DNA of 53,864 bases from Pelomyxa schiedti (taxonomy: Eukaryota; Protista; Evosea): positions 1-53,864 of the forward strand of contig JAHLWZ010000899.1 in assembly GCA_020536535.1 (NCBI GenBank), given 5' to 3'. Each line of letters opens with the position of its first letter. Positions within the stretch are counted from its first letter, which is position 1. The notes beneath the pieces are model-generated. The model was not told the origin of the DNA. It made no database searches and saw only the letters and a list, made by a program, of their open reading frames with translations. Of this stretch, positions 35,271-48,085 are shown piece by piece. The position numbers were made by a program, and so were the translations under genes.

Positions 35271-37073
35271 ATGTTCATGATCACATTTCGGCGAACCTTT
35301 AGCGGTCCGCTAAAAACTATGGAGTACGCAGCCAAGGGTACATTTGACGATGTCTATGTCAAGCTCAAGGGGGATTTCCTTTGCCGTCTACGAACAGCAC
35401 AGGTTACTTTGTTGTGGCTGTTTGGTACAACAATTTTCCCCAATTATTTTGCCCTTTACGAACGAGCAATTTCGGGTTTTTGGCCTGCAGACCGTCGTGA
35501 TACGGCTGAGAAGTGGGGAAACGTTGTGTGGGGAAGTAGTTGCACTGAAACGCTATTATGGTTCGCCTGCTGCTGTTATTGCTCTGGCTAGTGATGATGC
35601 GCCCGCTACGGTGAAAAATTTTTATCCCGGCTTTGAATGCTCATTTTCGCTGCCGAGCGAGTGCCCCTGTGGATCACATATGTGTGAATCTTTTCCCACT
35701 TAACATTTTTGTAATACTTTTTGCTACATCCACGTGGCTAGGAGTTCTTTGGGTTTTCCTGTATTGGGTTTGCATATTCCTAGAGATTCAGTTCTTATGG
35801 CGGGAGCCCATTTTAGAGTAAAGCAACTTGTTTGTTGCCCTACCACAGAGTTTGACAGTGCTTCATATCAAGTTGTACCACTTCACCCTTGTTTCATGGA
35901 GGATGCTCCACAGCCACTGGAATGCGCACCGACGCGATCACTCTTGATAGAGACGGGGATACCTGGAATTGATCTTTGGAATCCCATATTTAAAGGTGAC
36001 TCGGCCGCTGTACGTTCTCACTGTTTGTAATGTACATTGATTTTTTTTTTAAGATTGGTGTTTCTTCCGTTAACGTTGCATATCTTATTGTATCCCGCCT
36101 CGCAGAGGCTCGTGTCCTAGGATCGCAGCAACCCATGCAATGCATTGTAACTTTATTGCATCCAAGGGACATGCAGCGACCCTGGGATGATTGCCTTGGA
36201 CAATTACCCTCTAGTACTATCATTATACATGCCCCAAGTCTTGCAGAGAGATTGGTATCTCCATTTGTATGCCTCAGTCTGGCTTCTTCTCTTGCAAACA
36301 GCACAGGAGGGTATTTCGCCAACTAATGACCTTCCCAACTCTCACCTTGTGCAGCAATATTTTGGTCATTCTTGTTTCTGTGGAGTATCTGTTTCAAGGG
36401 GAGCACCCCAACTACCCAGAACCTAGATATTTGCGGCAGATGTTCACTGAACAACCTGTGCGCAGAGGATCCGTAACAGTTGTCTCAATTCTCACAACGA
36501 AGCTGGCGTCTCTGAATAGGCATGCACAGAACACTACTTGTTTAGCTAGGCCTGTAATGGACTTTGAGGATAAGATATTTCATCCTGGCAACTCATCAAC
36601 TCAACTGGAATTTACCCGCACAATGGACAGATGGCGGGCAACGCTGCTGCTATCGTTACACCCGAGACTTGGAATCAATTCCATTATACAACAGGTCTGA
36701 CTTTGCATTTGGCTATCCTCCCATGCAAAAAACGCACAATCTTTCCACAGAATTCCTTCACGATTTTGACGCCGTGCATCAGTTACAGGTTCCACCCGAA
36801 ATTCTACGACGGATAGCAGGATTCCTGCCTGGCAGTTTAAGTCAATTAATAAACACAGCACATAGCCTCTACGGGCTCTCAGAATGGGCCAGGGCAGCTG
36901 AAGCCGTAAGTGAAGAACCAGCCGGCCCTATCACAAATTTTGCCCCACAGTGGAACAGTGCAATTATTGGCCTTGCAGCATGCACGGAGCGAGTGCCATT
37001 CTACAAGTCTCTCAGCCAAGCACAAAGCCTCATTGAACAACATTCCACCCACCACCTCTCCTTCCTCCCATAG
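35271..37073 (+). CDS. Highly divergent F1-ATPase alpha/beta-superfamily protein (predicted pseudo-ATPase) with presequence-like N-terminus
   Basis: GEVVALK...AVIAL (beta-barrel-like). APQPLECAPTRSLLIETGIPGIDLWNPIFKGDSAA|IG resembles AP..R....PL.TGIKAID...PIGRGQR..IIG. Also ERLVSPFVCLSLASSL, RGSVTVVSIL, TDG and LRRIAGFL. No GxxxxGKT. Confidence 0.6.
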
Positions 37074-37265
37074 TGAGGAAAAAAGGTGCCACTTAAATTA
37101 CAGTTATGTGAAGAAAAAGTTGTAGGAAAAAAGAGTATTTTTTTTTTTTTTTTTTGATGTTGTGTTTCCTTTGGGCCCTGTTCCCGAAAGGTAGGTCTCT
37201 TCAGGCCGCGATTTGTGTTCCTTGTGTGTATTAGTGGTTCTGTTTTGGTTCACGTTTCCAGTACT

Positions 37266-38444
37266 AGCTAGAAAACGATGTTGGAAGCCCAACCAATAAT
37301 CTCCAGCCAAGGGTTGGTGGGTTGGAACAATTCAAGGAAATTTGTGTGCAAGGATGTCCAGCGGGAGATAAATGTACTTCACACCAGAGACGGAAATACC
37401 TTAACTACAGCTGATGTCCCTCCTGTTAGTGCGTTATTAGACAGGAAGGACGTTATAATGATTGCACCTGAAAGTTGAAAAGCAATCGGCTTTATGCCAA
37501 AGTCACCTGCACAGCTCAGCCACACAGAGTGCAACTCTTCGAATTCAGGTTTAAAACGTACAATGCACACCCAGATGAAAGGTCCTGATGAATTGAATCG
37601 TGAGCTGGGCTGTATAAACGTGATGGGGACATACGTGTGAATTGAATTTCCTCCATCTGTCGGAGTGCTTTTGAGAAGGAAAGAGTGTTTGGTGGATGTG
37701 CTGTTGCCTCTGCTCGATAGGCGATTTGTGGTAACAAGGAAAAGCATTCATAGAACATTTGGCCATCCTCTATTCCAAGTAACAGCCTGAAGTCTCCGTG
37801 TGGCATACTTGGTAACTCGCTGTTGGTGGTGAGCTGGTTTGATATGGGTTGGCGCCTTCGCGAGGTCCGTGAAAGCAGCGTCACTGGATGTGAGACAAGA
37901 TGCAGTCCTGGTAGGCCTTGAATGACAAGTACAATCTGGGAACCAATATGGGACCTGTTTGTAGTACAACATGTGAGTCGCATTACAAAGCAAAAAGCAA
38001 CACAAGGACCATGCCTGGTGGAGGTACACACTGGGGTTAAATTAAATTCCACTGAATTACAATCTGATGGCAGCGGAGCAGGGGACATTCTTACCACAAT
38101 TCCGTTCTTTGGATCACAAGTTCTGCACACAGCCTCTTAAATAGGGCAGCAAATGAGGTGAAGAGAAGAAGAAGGAAAAAGTGACAAAGTGGCGAGACCT
38201 TTCAAAGTTGACAAGTGGCACCACTTTGAGTGCTTGTGCACAGCGAACGACAGCGAGTACCTGTCCACTCCCTGTCGTTCCCACCACCCCGCATCCGTCA
38301 CTGTCACCCTGGCCTGTGTGGGCACATGTCGTGCTCGTTTAGAGACAAATAACATCTCAGCAAATGTCAACGGGTGGAAAGGCGGCCACAAACCTTGTAG
38401 TGATGATACTTACACAGCTCGTACGAGCTCAACGTCACTTGCAT
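37266..38444 (-). CDS. Hypothetical protein, possibly CudA-like (amoebozoan) transcription factor
   Basis: Multi-exon ORFs with a CRTC...FNLTPVCTSTRH pattern reminiscent of the CudA core (recalled similarity, not tested). The 3' end is uncertain. Confidence 0.4.
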
Positions 38445-38508
38445 TTTACCAGAAACCGACTGTGTCCAATAGATCCGGAGACGAAACAAGGGCGGAACAA
38501 AGAAAAAA

Positions 38509-41153
38509 ATGCCGAAGGGAGCGAAGACGACAAGCAAGGCCAACAACGGATCAAACACAGCGAGATCCAGCAATGGCAGCGGCGGCGGCGGCGGCGATGG
38601 TGCGGTAGCGAGATCTGGGAGTCCGTGTTCGCCCGGCGTTACTGCGCGTAACACCGCAAAGACCACCAACACCTCCGCGAGTGCCGCCACGAGGAGCGCG
38701 GCCACGTCGGCGAACGCAACGGCCAGCAGCGCGGCGACGGTCGCCGCGGCCAAGTCGGCCAAGTACTGTATCGTTTGCTGCGAGGCGGAGGAAGTGTGGT
38801 GCGTCGGGGACTGTGATCACTCCGAATTGTGCGCTTTGTGCGGATTGAGGCAAAGATTTCTGTTTGGCGACAAGTCTTGCTGCTTGTGCAAGGTGATGAG
38901 ATTTCTTTCTTATATCCAAAACTCAAAACGAGGGAAGGTGGACTGGCCAAAAAAAAATATACTGGGATATATCTTTAACTGTTTATAATCTTTGTTTCTA
39001 CCGCCCACACACAGGGTTCTTTCCCCCTTTCAAATTCTTTTTCCCATTAGGTGCCTCAAGAGACTGTGGTGTTTACAAGTAAGCACAGTACACCATTTTC
39101 CAGACTTATACAGAGGAGTCTTGTATATGATGAGTTCTTGAAGATTCACTTTGATGGTGAGCATATAAGGCGTCAAATTCTGGATATAATATCTGCTGCT
39201 TGTGTCACTTGTGCAAGCCCTTTCCCCTTGCGTGTGCTTGCTAGACCGGCAACTGCTGCTCATGCAAAAACTCCCTTTCCGTCTCTCGCTGCTTTGAAGC
39301 AGCATGTGAAAAAGTCTCACCCTGGGCTCAATTTTTGGTATCCACCTTCTCTCATGGATACTAAGTATATATTGTAATATCTGTTGCACGGTACACTGTG
39401 CACATAGTAAGCAGACTTCTGTTTACACTCATTGGCAAATAAAACTTTTATGCTTTCCAGTCATATTTGTCTATCTGAACGAAAAGTTTTCATCGTAGAA
39501 CAACTGTTGTTTACGCCTCCCGAGTTGGAAAAGCACATGCGAGAATGGGATGGCGGGATTTCACAGGAAAATAAGAAATGTGGAAAAGGTAAATCCACAC
39601 AACAGAAAAGTCTTTACTCAACCATTCTTTTCTAGCTGTTGTTAAAGGGCACCCATCTTGCCTGTTCTGCCGTCAGCACTTCTATAACCTTGATCACTTG
39701 TATGAACACCTTAACCGAGTGCACACTACCTGCTTTTTGTGCGAGCGTGAGAGTGTTCGAACCCAGTACTACGAGAACAGTGAACAAGTAACAGTCTTGA
39801 TTTCTTCTCAGTTGTAATAGTTAATCCATTATAGCTTATGAAACATTACAGTGACTGCCATTACCTGTGTTTACATCCCGAGTGCGTTCAAAATGCCTCT
39901 GTTACTGTGTTCCTCACTCCAATGGAGCTCCACACCCACCAAGTGATTTTGCCTCTTTCTATCCTTTTTCTCATTGGGTAAGGCCCTGGAACACTCAGCT
40001 GGAAAGCGGAAATCAGCACCTCTGCTTCTTGGCTACAAGGTTTGCATTCGTCCACTAAAATGCCAAATAAATCCAGAGCAGATAAAACGGATGGACCGTA
40101 GTGGTTCTGGGCTTGCAGCAGAGTCAAATACTGTATAACACAGTTATTCTGCCATCTCTCATAATATCAGGAAAAGTCAGAGACAAGCACTACTACTACC
40201 AGCAGTACAGAAATCTCCGAGACCAAACCGGCTGTTGCCTACCAAAGGACCGAAGTTGGGCTAGCGACGTTCATGACACCGATGCCAACTTCAACGAGCT
40301 ATGTAGGGGCAGCACTTGCAGCCTCAAATTCCTTCCCTGGCGGAATTTCACAAGAACCTACTAAGTCCAAAGGCAAAAAAAAGGGTAAGAAGCGGTCACA
40401 AGCATCAAGTCTTGAACCAGGGGAGGGAGACAGTGATCCCTATCCCTTGCCACCTATGCGACTTCCTCCTCTCCCTCCACCGTCAACAGTCACAGAAGCA
40501 CCGATTGCCTTGAATACCGGATTACAACCAACCTCACAGGAGCAACGCCCCACAGCATGCGCAGACTCGCCCAAAGTCAGTGTTGCCAAACCTCTTGTGG
40601 AACCACCAAAGCAAAGTGTACTGGAAGAGATTAAGAGCACCCTTGGACCCGAAAAATTCCAAGAATTTCGGAACCTCTCTGCAGATTTCATTGCCTCTAG
40701 AATTGACGCTTACGACTATTACACGTACTTCTTCCAGTTCTTTGGCAAAACACCATCAAGCAACAGTCTGTTCTTGCGATTCGTGGACATGGTTCCCAAT
40801 AAAGACAAGCTGAACGAATTGACTAGTTTACATCAAGCCATTATCTCCGTATGTGTCCAAGTAAGTTCCCACACCGGCTCTAACAACAACAACAAACAAC
40901 AACAAAACAAAAAACCCAACAGTCTGGGCAGACTGCGCAACCACAACAACAACAGGGGAATCCCCCACCACCACCACTTGCCCCAAGCCCATCACAATCA
41001 CACTCACACACCCTCCCGCTATCCAGCGCAGATGAATTCCCCAGTCTCAGTGAATCCTTTACTCGCTCCTCTACTCCAAGCCGTTGGTTCCAAACAAGAA
41101 GCTCTGCATTTGACCCAACCTACATTCACAACGACACGTCGTCTCAGTTCTAA
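38509..41153 (+). CDS. ZNF598: ZNF598/Hel2 RING E3 ubiquitin ligase (ribosome quality control)
   Basis: RING CIVCCEAEEVWCVGDCDHSELCALCGLRQRFLFGDKSCCLCK. Also HICLSERKVFIVEQLLF, KGHPSCLFCRQHFY...HLNRVHTTCFLCE, a PAH-like helical domain (FQEFRNLSADF...IDAYDYY) and DEFPSL. Confidence 0.92.
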
Positions 41154-41323
41154 CCCCCCCCCCCCCAGTTATTGCCAAACTGGCAAATTTAAATGAATTC
41201 CCCCTTCACCCCTTTTGACACCTTACGTACATCGCCTGGGCTAGAAGATCGGCATCAAAGTTCTTGGAAGAGGTGGAAACACGATAAAAAAACAAAAAAA
41301 AAAAATAAAAACATAGCCAGGAG

Positions 41324-44300
41324 ATGTTGGGTTCCCGATCTGCCACGTCTGCGTCGTCAACAAGCACTACGACGAGTGCTACCGGATCTACGAGCAGCAC
41401 ACGTGGCGCGACAACTACGACCAGCCGGCCGCCATTAAAGAGATCTGTCTCTTCTTCGGCACTCGTAACGGCCCCACTGCAGCTCCTCGGAATCGGCGGC
41501 AGCAAGGACACCACCGCGGCGTCGCCGCCGCCGTCTTCCTCGTCGCCGACGTCTGGTGCTTTCTCGTTCACGTCCTCTTCCGCGTCGAGCTCTGGCGGTG
41601 GCTTGAGGTCGTCGATGCCTGCTAGCTCGTCGTCTGCTTTGGGTGGTGCGGCGGGCCTGAGATCGAGCGCTCCGAGGTCGTCATTTGACCACGTTGGGGG
41701 CAGTTCGGCTTCGCCACTTGGCTCTGATATGGGCACCTCGAGGCGAGCACCCTCGAGAATGCTGCTGAGCACGTACTACTCTGTGGATGACAATGACACC
41801 ACCACGGCGAAAACAAAAGCTGCGGCGGCTGGGAGGAGGGTCGCAGGTTTGCCTGCGGAGACCAAAACCGGCGGTGCAACGGGGAGCGGTCCTACTGTGG
41901 CTCAAAAACCTGAAGAGGTGGCTGACATCAATATTAACAGTCCCACATTCAATGCCCAGGCGTACTTCAACACACTGATCAAGTCCATGAATCTAGTGGC
42001 TTTGTCGGCCAGGGACAAGGAACTTGTTGCTGGTTGGCATGCTTGGACATTTGTTATACTGAAAATTCACTTTTTTTAGAAATGAAGGATCTGGATGAAA
42101 AAATGAAGGCCCTTGTCTATGACAATTACAATAAATTCATAAATGCAACTGATACTATTCGCAAAGTATCTCCCACTTCACCCCCTCCTGGATGGGCTAA
42201 CTTCTTTTCCTCCTCTTCAAGATGAAATCCAATGTGGAGAATATGGAGGATGAAATGAAACAGTTGAAAGAAAACATGAAAGACATCGGGAATTGTAGCG
42301 ATAAGATCAATTCCTCTCTGTCCTTCCGGAGGGAAAAAATTGACCACCTTGCTGCTGTCCACACATTACTTACTCGGGTTTCTTTTCTTTTATGAAACTA
42401 TGTTCCTGATTGATGGATTATACCTTGTAGCTACAATTCATTGCAGAATTGCCTGCTCGACTAAGAAAGTGTCTAACTATGAAAGCGTACTCTCAAGCAG
42501 CAAAATATTTCATGCAATCCTCGGGGATGTTAAAAAAGTATAATCTACCATCATTCATTAGAATACAAGTAAGCTGGTATGGGGCCATGTTCAAGTCTCA
42601 TGTTACTAGGCAGAATGTGAGGAAATTATCAAAGAGCTCAGAACAATTCTGTACGCCCAGATAAAAGTCTCCCCACCTCCTCCTCTTCCCGTTGGAACAC
42701 CAATGCCATCATTCGAGTTCCCTGCTCGGGCTGTAGAGCAAGCAGGAAGTGTTTTGATGATGCTACATGAACCTGAAGAAACTGTGAGGCACCTATTTTT
42801 GGACAGGTGCATGATTTTCTTTTTTTTTTTTTATTACTCGGCAGCATCTGACACAGGTTCAGTTACCAAGTTGCCTTTGACTATTTGACAGAGCAGTACA
42901 GTGCAGATAGAAATAAAAAGTATTACCAAATCACCAAACTACATTCAAATTCCAGTCACATTTTCCACTAGACTCACAACATCATTTCAGTTGTGCAATG
43001 CATGAAATTGCGAAGATGCTGTGCCCTCCATTCTTTTCCCAGCTGCTTCTCACCTATGAATCATACCGAATGGTATTCTTGGGCGGAGATAGCCTTGTTG
43101 GTGATGAAGACCTAGAAGCACCGTAAAAAACCCAAATCCTTACAATGTCACACTAACTGCCTTATAGCCACTATGAAGGACCAGCATGGGATGACATTTT
43201 CAATTTTTTAAAAGATAAATTTGAACAGTACTTGCGCTCAGTGCACAGAAGAGTCGCTGTAAGTATTCCATAACTCTCTTATACCCTATTCAGTATGAAT
43301 TTCAAGGAAGCCAGAGCAACAGGCCAAGCCGTTCAGGCAGATGAAGTGGCTTCTTGTCTTGCAGTGGTACATGAAGTTAGCCTTCAGGTTCATCATCAAC
43401 TGCCATTTCTCCATATAGCCGAGAGGACAGCTGATATGGTTTAAATTTCTCGTGTCTTTGTTCTTTCCATTTAATTTTCATAAGATTGGAAGCACAGTTC
43501 TTGCTTCCATTGAGTCACACTTCCTGGGGTTACATTCAGCATGCTCTGGTGTGATTCATCTTACTGAAAATACTTTTCCTCATCAATCCCTCCAAAAAGA
43601 ACAACTTCTTACTTTACACAATAACGTCGAGTCCCACAAGGTTGTAAAACCTGGTGACGATTTCTGGTCCACAACCCTTGATTCTATCGCAAAATCTGTG
43701 CTAGAGCAGCTAGTTGATGTGGTTAAAAAACTTCAGGCAAAGTGACCTTCCCTTAAACAAAATACTCACCCCCTTTGTTAGCCTTTCCTTGAACCGGAAA
43801 AACGATTCTTGATTCCACACCAACTCCAGATTTCTACTAATATTTATGTCAAAGCTCAGCAGTTTTTCCTGTTTCTTGAACAGCTGTTTATGGTGAACAA
43901 AATTCTCTGCTTGTACTTCATTTACTCAAACATTAGGATTGCGAAAACTTGGAAGATAACCCAACACACCCTTTACGCAGTATGAAAATAAGGTACTTGC
44001 TATCAGTCAGGGAACAAACCTTAAATTAACATTATACAAGCCCACCTCTGTTCTTTGTGTTAGTTGGGGTCCTCCACAGAATCGATGCCCTTCTCGACGA
44101 ATTTGTTGTTCAACTCCAATGTACTTTTATCATTCAAGACAAACTTGCGTCTGACCTGGTATTCGGCTTTTCTTCATTTTTTCCTCATTGACAGGGAGCA
44201 GATAAATGCAGATGAGATTAGGCAGAGATTCAGGACAACAGCAAGTAAATTACTGCAGTTGTATGTAATTGTTGAGGGACGACAGCTCAGTTCCTACATG

Positions 44301-44964
44301 CACAAGTACATTGAATCAGCTAATTGGCTTCGTTCTAAGGTTTGGTTGTACTGAGCCAATCCACCAATAATCTCACCCTCCAGGAAGTAAGAGGAGTTGG
44401 TCTGGGAGCTCAATTATTCATGCATCACATCCAAGAAATTGATATGCTGGGTAGACAAATTATTCCAGATACTCCTCCCGCCAGTGCCGGAGTTTCTGGA
44501 AGGGGAACTGCATCACGCGGTTCCGCACAGAGCAAGTCCTTCTTTGGCCACAAAATGGATATGTTTGCAAGAGTCGACTACAATAGGGATGCTGTTATGG
44601 TTTCTATAAGTCGCATTGGAATGAAGGTGCCCCAACCAACATATGATTACACTTCTAAAAACAACAACAGACTATGTGTGAATGCATTCGCTTAAGCAGT
44701 TTTGGTCGCTGTGGCTATCAGCAAGTCCAAGTAGATGTTGCGTATCTACAAGCCGGGCTTTCCCAGCTGCTTAATACCAAGAGGTTACCCAATAAACACT
44801 GTCCATCCTCTCTCACTTCCTCCCTCATTAGTGATGTCAACATCTTCTTTGCTGAGGCCGAAGTTAGTGCACAGCGTCGCTGTATCGACCCTGTGAAGTT
44901 TGATACAGTTTTGATACAACACATTCTACACCCACAACTAGCCGCACCCTCATCCTCCCTGTAA
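41324..44964 (+). CDS. VPS51: Vps51/Ang2 subunit of GARP/EARP tethering complexes
   Basis: MLLSTYYS, DININSPTFNAQAYF, EMKDLDEKMKALVYDNYNKFINATDTIRK|MK, LQFIAELPARL, YVIVEGRQLS...ANWL, ECIRLSSFGRCGYQQVQVDVAYL...RRCIDP. Confidence 0.93.
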
Positions 44965-45056
44965 AAAAAAGTAACAAGGAATAAACCCCAACGGCACAGG
45001 CCTGTGCCATACCCCCGTACCGTCTTCTAGAAATTCGCCACCAAGTTGGAAACAGA

Positions 45057-46348
45057 ATGTCGTGGCTGGTGTACGGGGGCGGTGGATGGATCGGAAGGCA
45101 GTTTGTAGATCTACTACGGAGGCAGGGGAGGGTGGTGCAACTTGGTTGTGCTCGTATAGAGGACAGGGAACACGTCGCCAGGTAGTTGGATGAGGGGCAA
45201 TTTTTGTGTGGTTGTTTTTGACTGTGGGTGCCACTACTTTAGGGAGATTGATGCGTGTCATGCTGATAGGATAATAAACCTGGCAGGCAAAGTATTAATT
45301 TCTTTACGTTACTTGGTCACAACCCACCTTTTCACAAAAGACTGGTGTTCCCAATGTGGATTGGTGTGAGGACCACAAAGAAGAGACCCTAAGGTAATTA
45401 AACAAATTTGGGAGAAAGATGTTAAACCATGCATGTGCAGATCAAATGTTCTCGGAATTATGACCTTGGTGGATGTTGCTTTTCTCAAAGGAATTCATGT
45501 CACCCACTTTGGAACTGGTAATGTTATTTTTTCTGATTTTTGAACCAATTAGGTGCTGTGCAGGGTGCATTTATGAATATGACTCTTCCCACCCAATTGG
45601 CTCTGGAATTGGTTTCACAGAAGAGGATCCCCCAAACTTTGACAAATCGTTCTACTCCAAAACAAAGGCTCTAGGAGAGAAGGTGCGGTTTTTCCCCTGC
45701 ACTGTCTTCTTTTTTAGTCACAACAACATTGCATTGGCTAGTTATTGGTGCATTATCCGAATTTACTTATATTACGCCTTCGGATGCCAATTTCAGAAGA
45801 CTTACATCCCCGATCATTTCTAACCAAGATTGCATCCTACCGCTATGTTGTCTTTCCTTACCCAAACTTATACCAATACCAATAGCTGTAAGGTTGTGAA
45901 TGTACCAAATAGTATTTCCCTACTGCCAGACCTTTTACCAGTGGCAACTGATATGTCCGAGAAGAAAATAACGGGGGTATTTAATTTTACGAACCCTGGG
46001 ACTCTTTCTCACAATGAGATTCTGGACCTCTATCGTGAAGTGTGTGCAGCCCACAAAACGCAAACGTTAAAAGAAATACAGTACCTTGACCCCGACTATG
46101 TATATGAAAATTTCTCACTAGAAGAACAGGCCAAAATACTTAAAGCTGGAAGGTCAAACAACGAGCTGGTTTCCTCCCTACGTTTTAATTTACTGTTTCA
46201 TTGCTACAAGGATTGCACGAAGCTGCTTAGTTTATATCCGGGCATACCTCCTGCAAGGAAGTCCATTGTGGATCTCTTTCTCAGGATGAAATTAGCCAGA
46301 ATACCACCACTACCACGACGAGTTTTATCAACACCATCATCTTCCTGA
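45057..46348 (+). CDS. NDP-4-keto-6-deoxyglucose 3,5-epimerase/4-reductase (NRS/ER, UER1-type; NDP-L-rhamnose synthesis)
   Basis: MSWLVYGGGGWIG, NLAGK|TGVPNVDWCEDHKEETLR|SNVLG, GCIYEYDSSHPIGSGIGFTEEDPPNF..SFYSKTK, LRLRMPI, GVFNFTNPGTLSHNEIL, AGRSNNEL|D. Confidence 0.93.
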
Positions 46349-46374
46349 TATTGAGAAATAAAAGGGAGGTATAT

Positions 46375-47917
46375 TTATTCCCTATGCACCAAGAAGTAGT
46401 CCTGTTGTGTTGGCATGGTTGGAGGATTTCTCGGAGGGAAAACAACAGCCATCATGTTGTCCAGCACAATGTGACCTTTCTTCTCTATTGTTCTGCCATG
46501 GTGCCCACACACTAACGTGAATTTGCTGCCATGCAGTTCAGTAGGCAAAGTGAGCACTTCACTACGTGCCGATAGCTGATTTGATATGACATAATACGGT
46601 AGTGTTATATGACAGCCGTTAGTGATGTCAAAAAGCCACGACACCCACATCAAGACAGTAGGTACCTGAGAGACACGAGGGACGGAGGTATCTCTTCTTA
46701 GGAGCATTTTGATTTGATCAGTGCAACTGACATCGTGGAGAAGGCCGGCGTGTATGCATATGATGTACTGGTCCTCTGGCAATTTGACTATTTGAGCCTG
46801 AAGCATTGTTTTGTAAATATGGTAAATACTTCAGAAAAAAGGATGAATTCAAAAGCATACCCACTTGAGCTGACGAAAAAATTGTTTGTGTCTTTCAGGG
46901 ACATTTTTAACTAAATCAGTATGGCTTCGGGCGTTGTATGATCGAAATGTATCAACATTGCAGTACACACTCGTGGATTCCCCATATCGAAGTCCCTAGA
47001 ACAGGGAACTATTTAGAGAATTTCTCACTGGAGAAGGGGCCGTACTTGGAGGTGCGTTTTATTTTTTACAGTTCCCCCATTCCAGAGGATTTCTCCAGGC
47101 TGTAGTCTTAGCAGTTTGGGAGGCAAGTCCCACGTCTGCGTAAATCCACCGGGAGGTTCTGGTAGAAGCTGCAAGTAAGCAGACATGGCATGGTCGTGAT
47201 TGCCTTTAGAAAGTATGAGTGAGCCACTTGTCAAGTCAAACAAACCATTTGAGTGCGGGGGGAGAAACCTGCAAGGAAGTACTGCCTTTGGTTTGGGTAG
47301 CGTGATGGCAGGTCAATAAGCCACTCTACCACCTCTTTCACCTTAGGACCACGATCAACATAGTCACCCAAAAAAATCACTATTGCCCTAGAGTAAGTAA
47401 AACAACCCCAAAACAAAATACCCTTTGGCGGTGAATACCTGTCAAATGCAGCATTCCCACAAGTAGCCCTTACTCTCTTATTTATGTTGGTTAGTTGTGC
47501 GTCCCATAATCACTGTGGGGTGTGCGAGCTTAGGTCCACAACAACACCAAAAAAAAGAGGCATGTTTCGACGGGGACGCACCTCCTCAGTTGACGCCCAC
47601 AACGCCACGAGGCCGTCGTAGTCCCCGTGTATGTCACTCACGCACACAACCGCGCATTCTCGCACCTGTCGTCCGCTCGCCCCCTCCGTCGTCCCACAAT
47701 CCCCGCCACTGCTTCGGCACGCCCCTTCGCCGGTCCCCGAATTCACCGTAGTAGTCGTCGAGGGGGGGCAGGAGGATGTCTTTGAGTCGGTTGAAACTAC
47801 ACCGTTGAGGTCGGTGCTGCTTACGTCGCAACACGCCGGGGCGACGTCGTCGCTGCCACTGGCCCACAACGACGCAAGGTACGCGCCAACTTGGAAGTCC
47901 CCCCCAACGTAGGTCAT
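46375..47917 (-). CDS. Rhizobiales-like (RLPH-type) PPP-family metallophosphatase
   Basis: VCVSDIHGDYDGLVALW, IFLGDYVDRGPKVKEVVEWLIDLPSRYPNQRQYFLA|GNHD, HLQ, ICIHAGL, LSAR, VCGHHG. The arrangement follows plant RLPH proteins. Confidence 0.85.
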
Positions 47918-48085
47918 GGATCGCGTGGATGTTTACTGTGATTGAAAAAGATGTGGATGAATGCATTTGTTTTTTTCATGTATAAAATCTCTCGTCAGCT
48001 CGACCCATCATCGCTTCAGAGCCAACAAGAAAAGAATATTCAGGAGAGGAAGTTTTCTTTTTGATTTAATAGTGCCCAAGCCACC

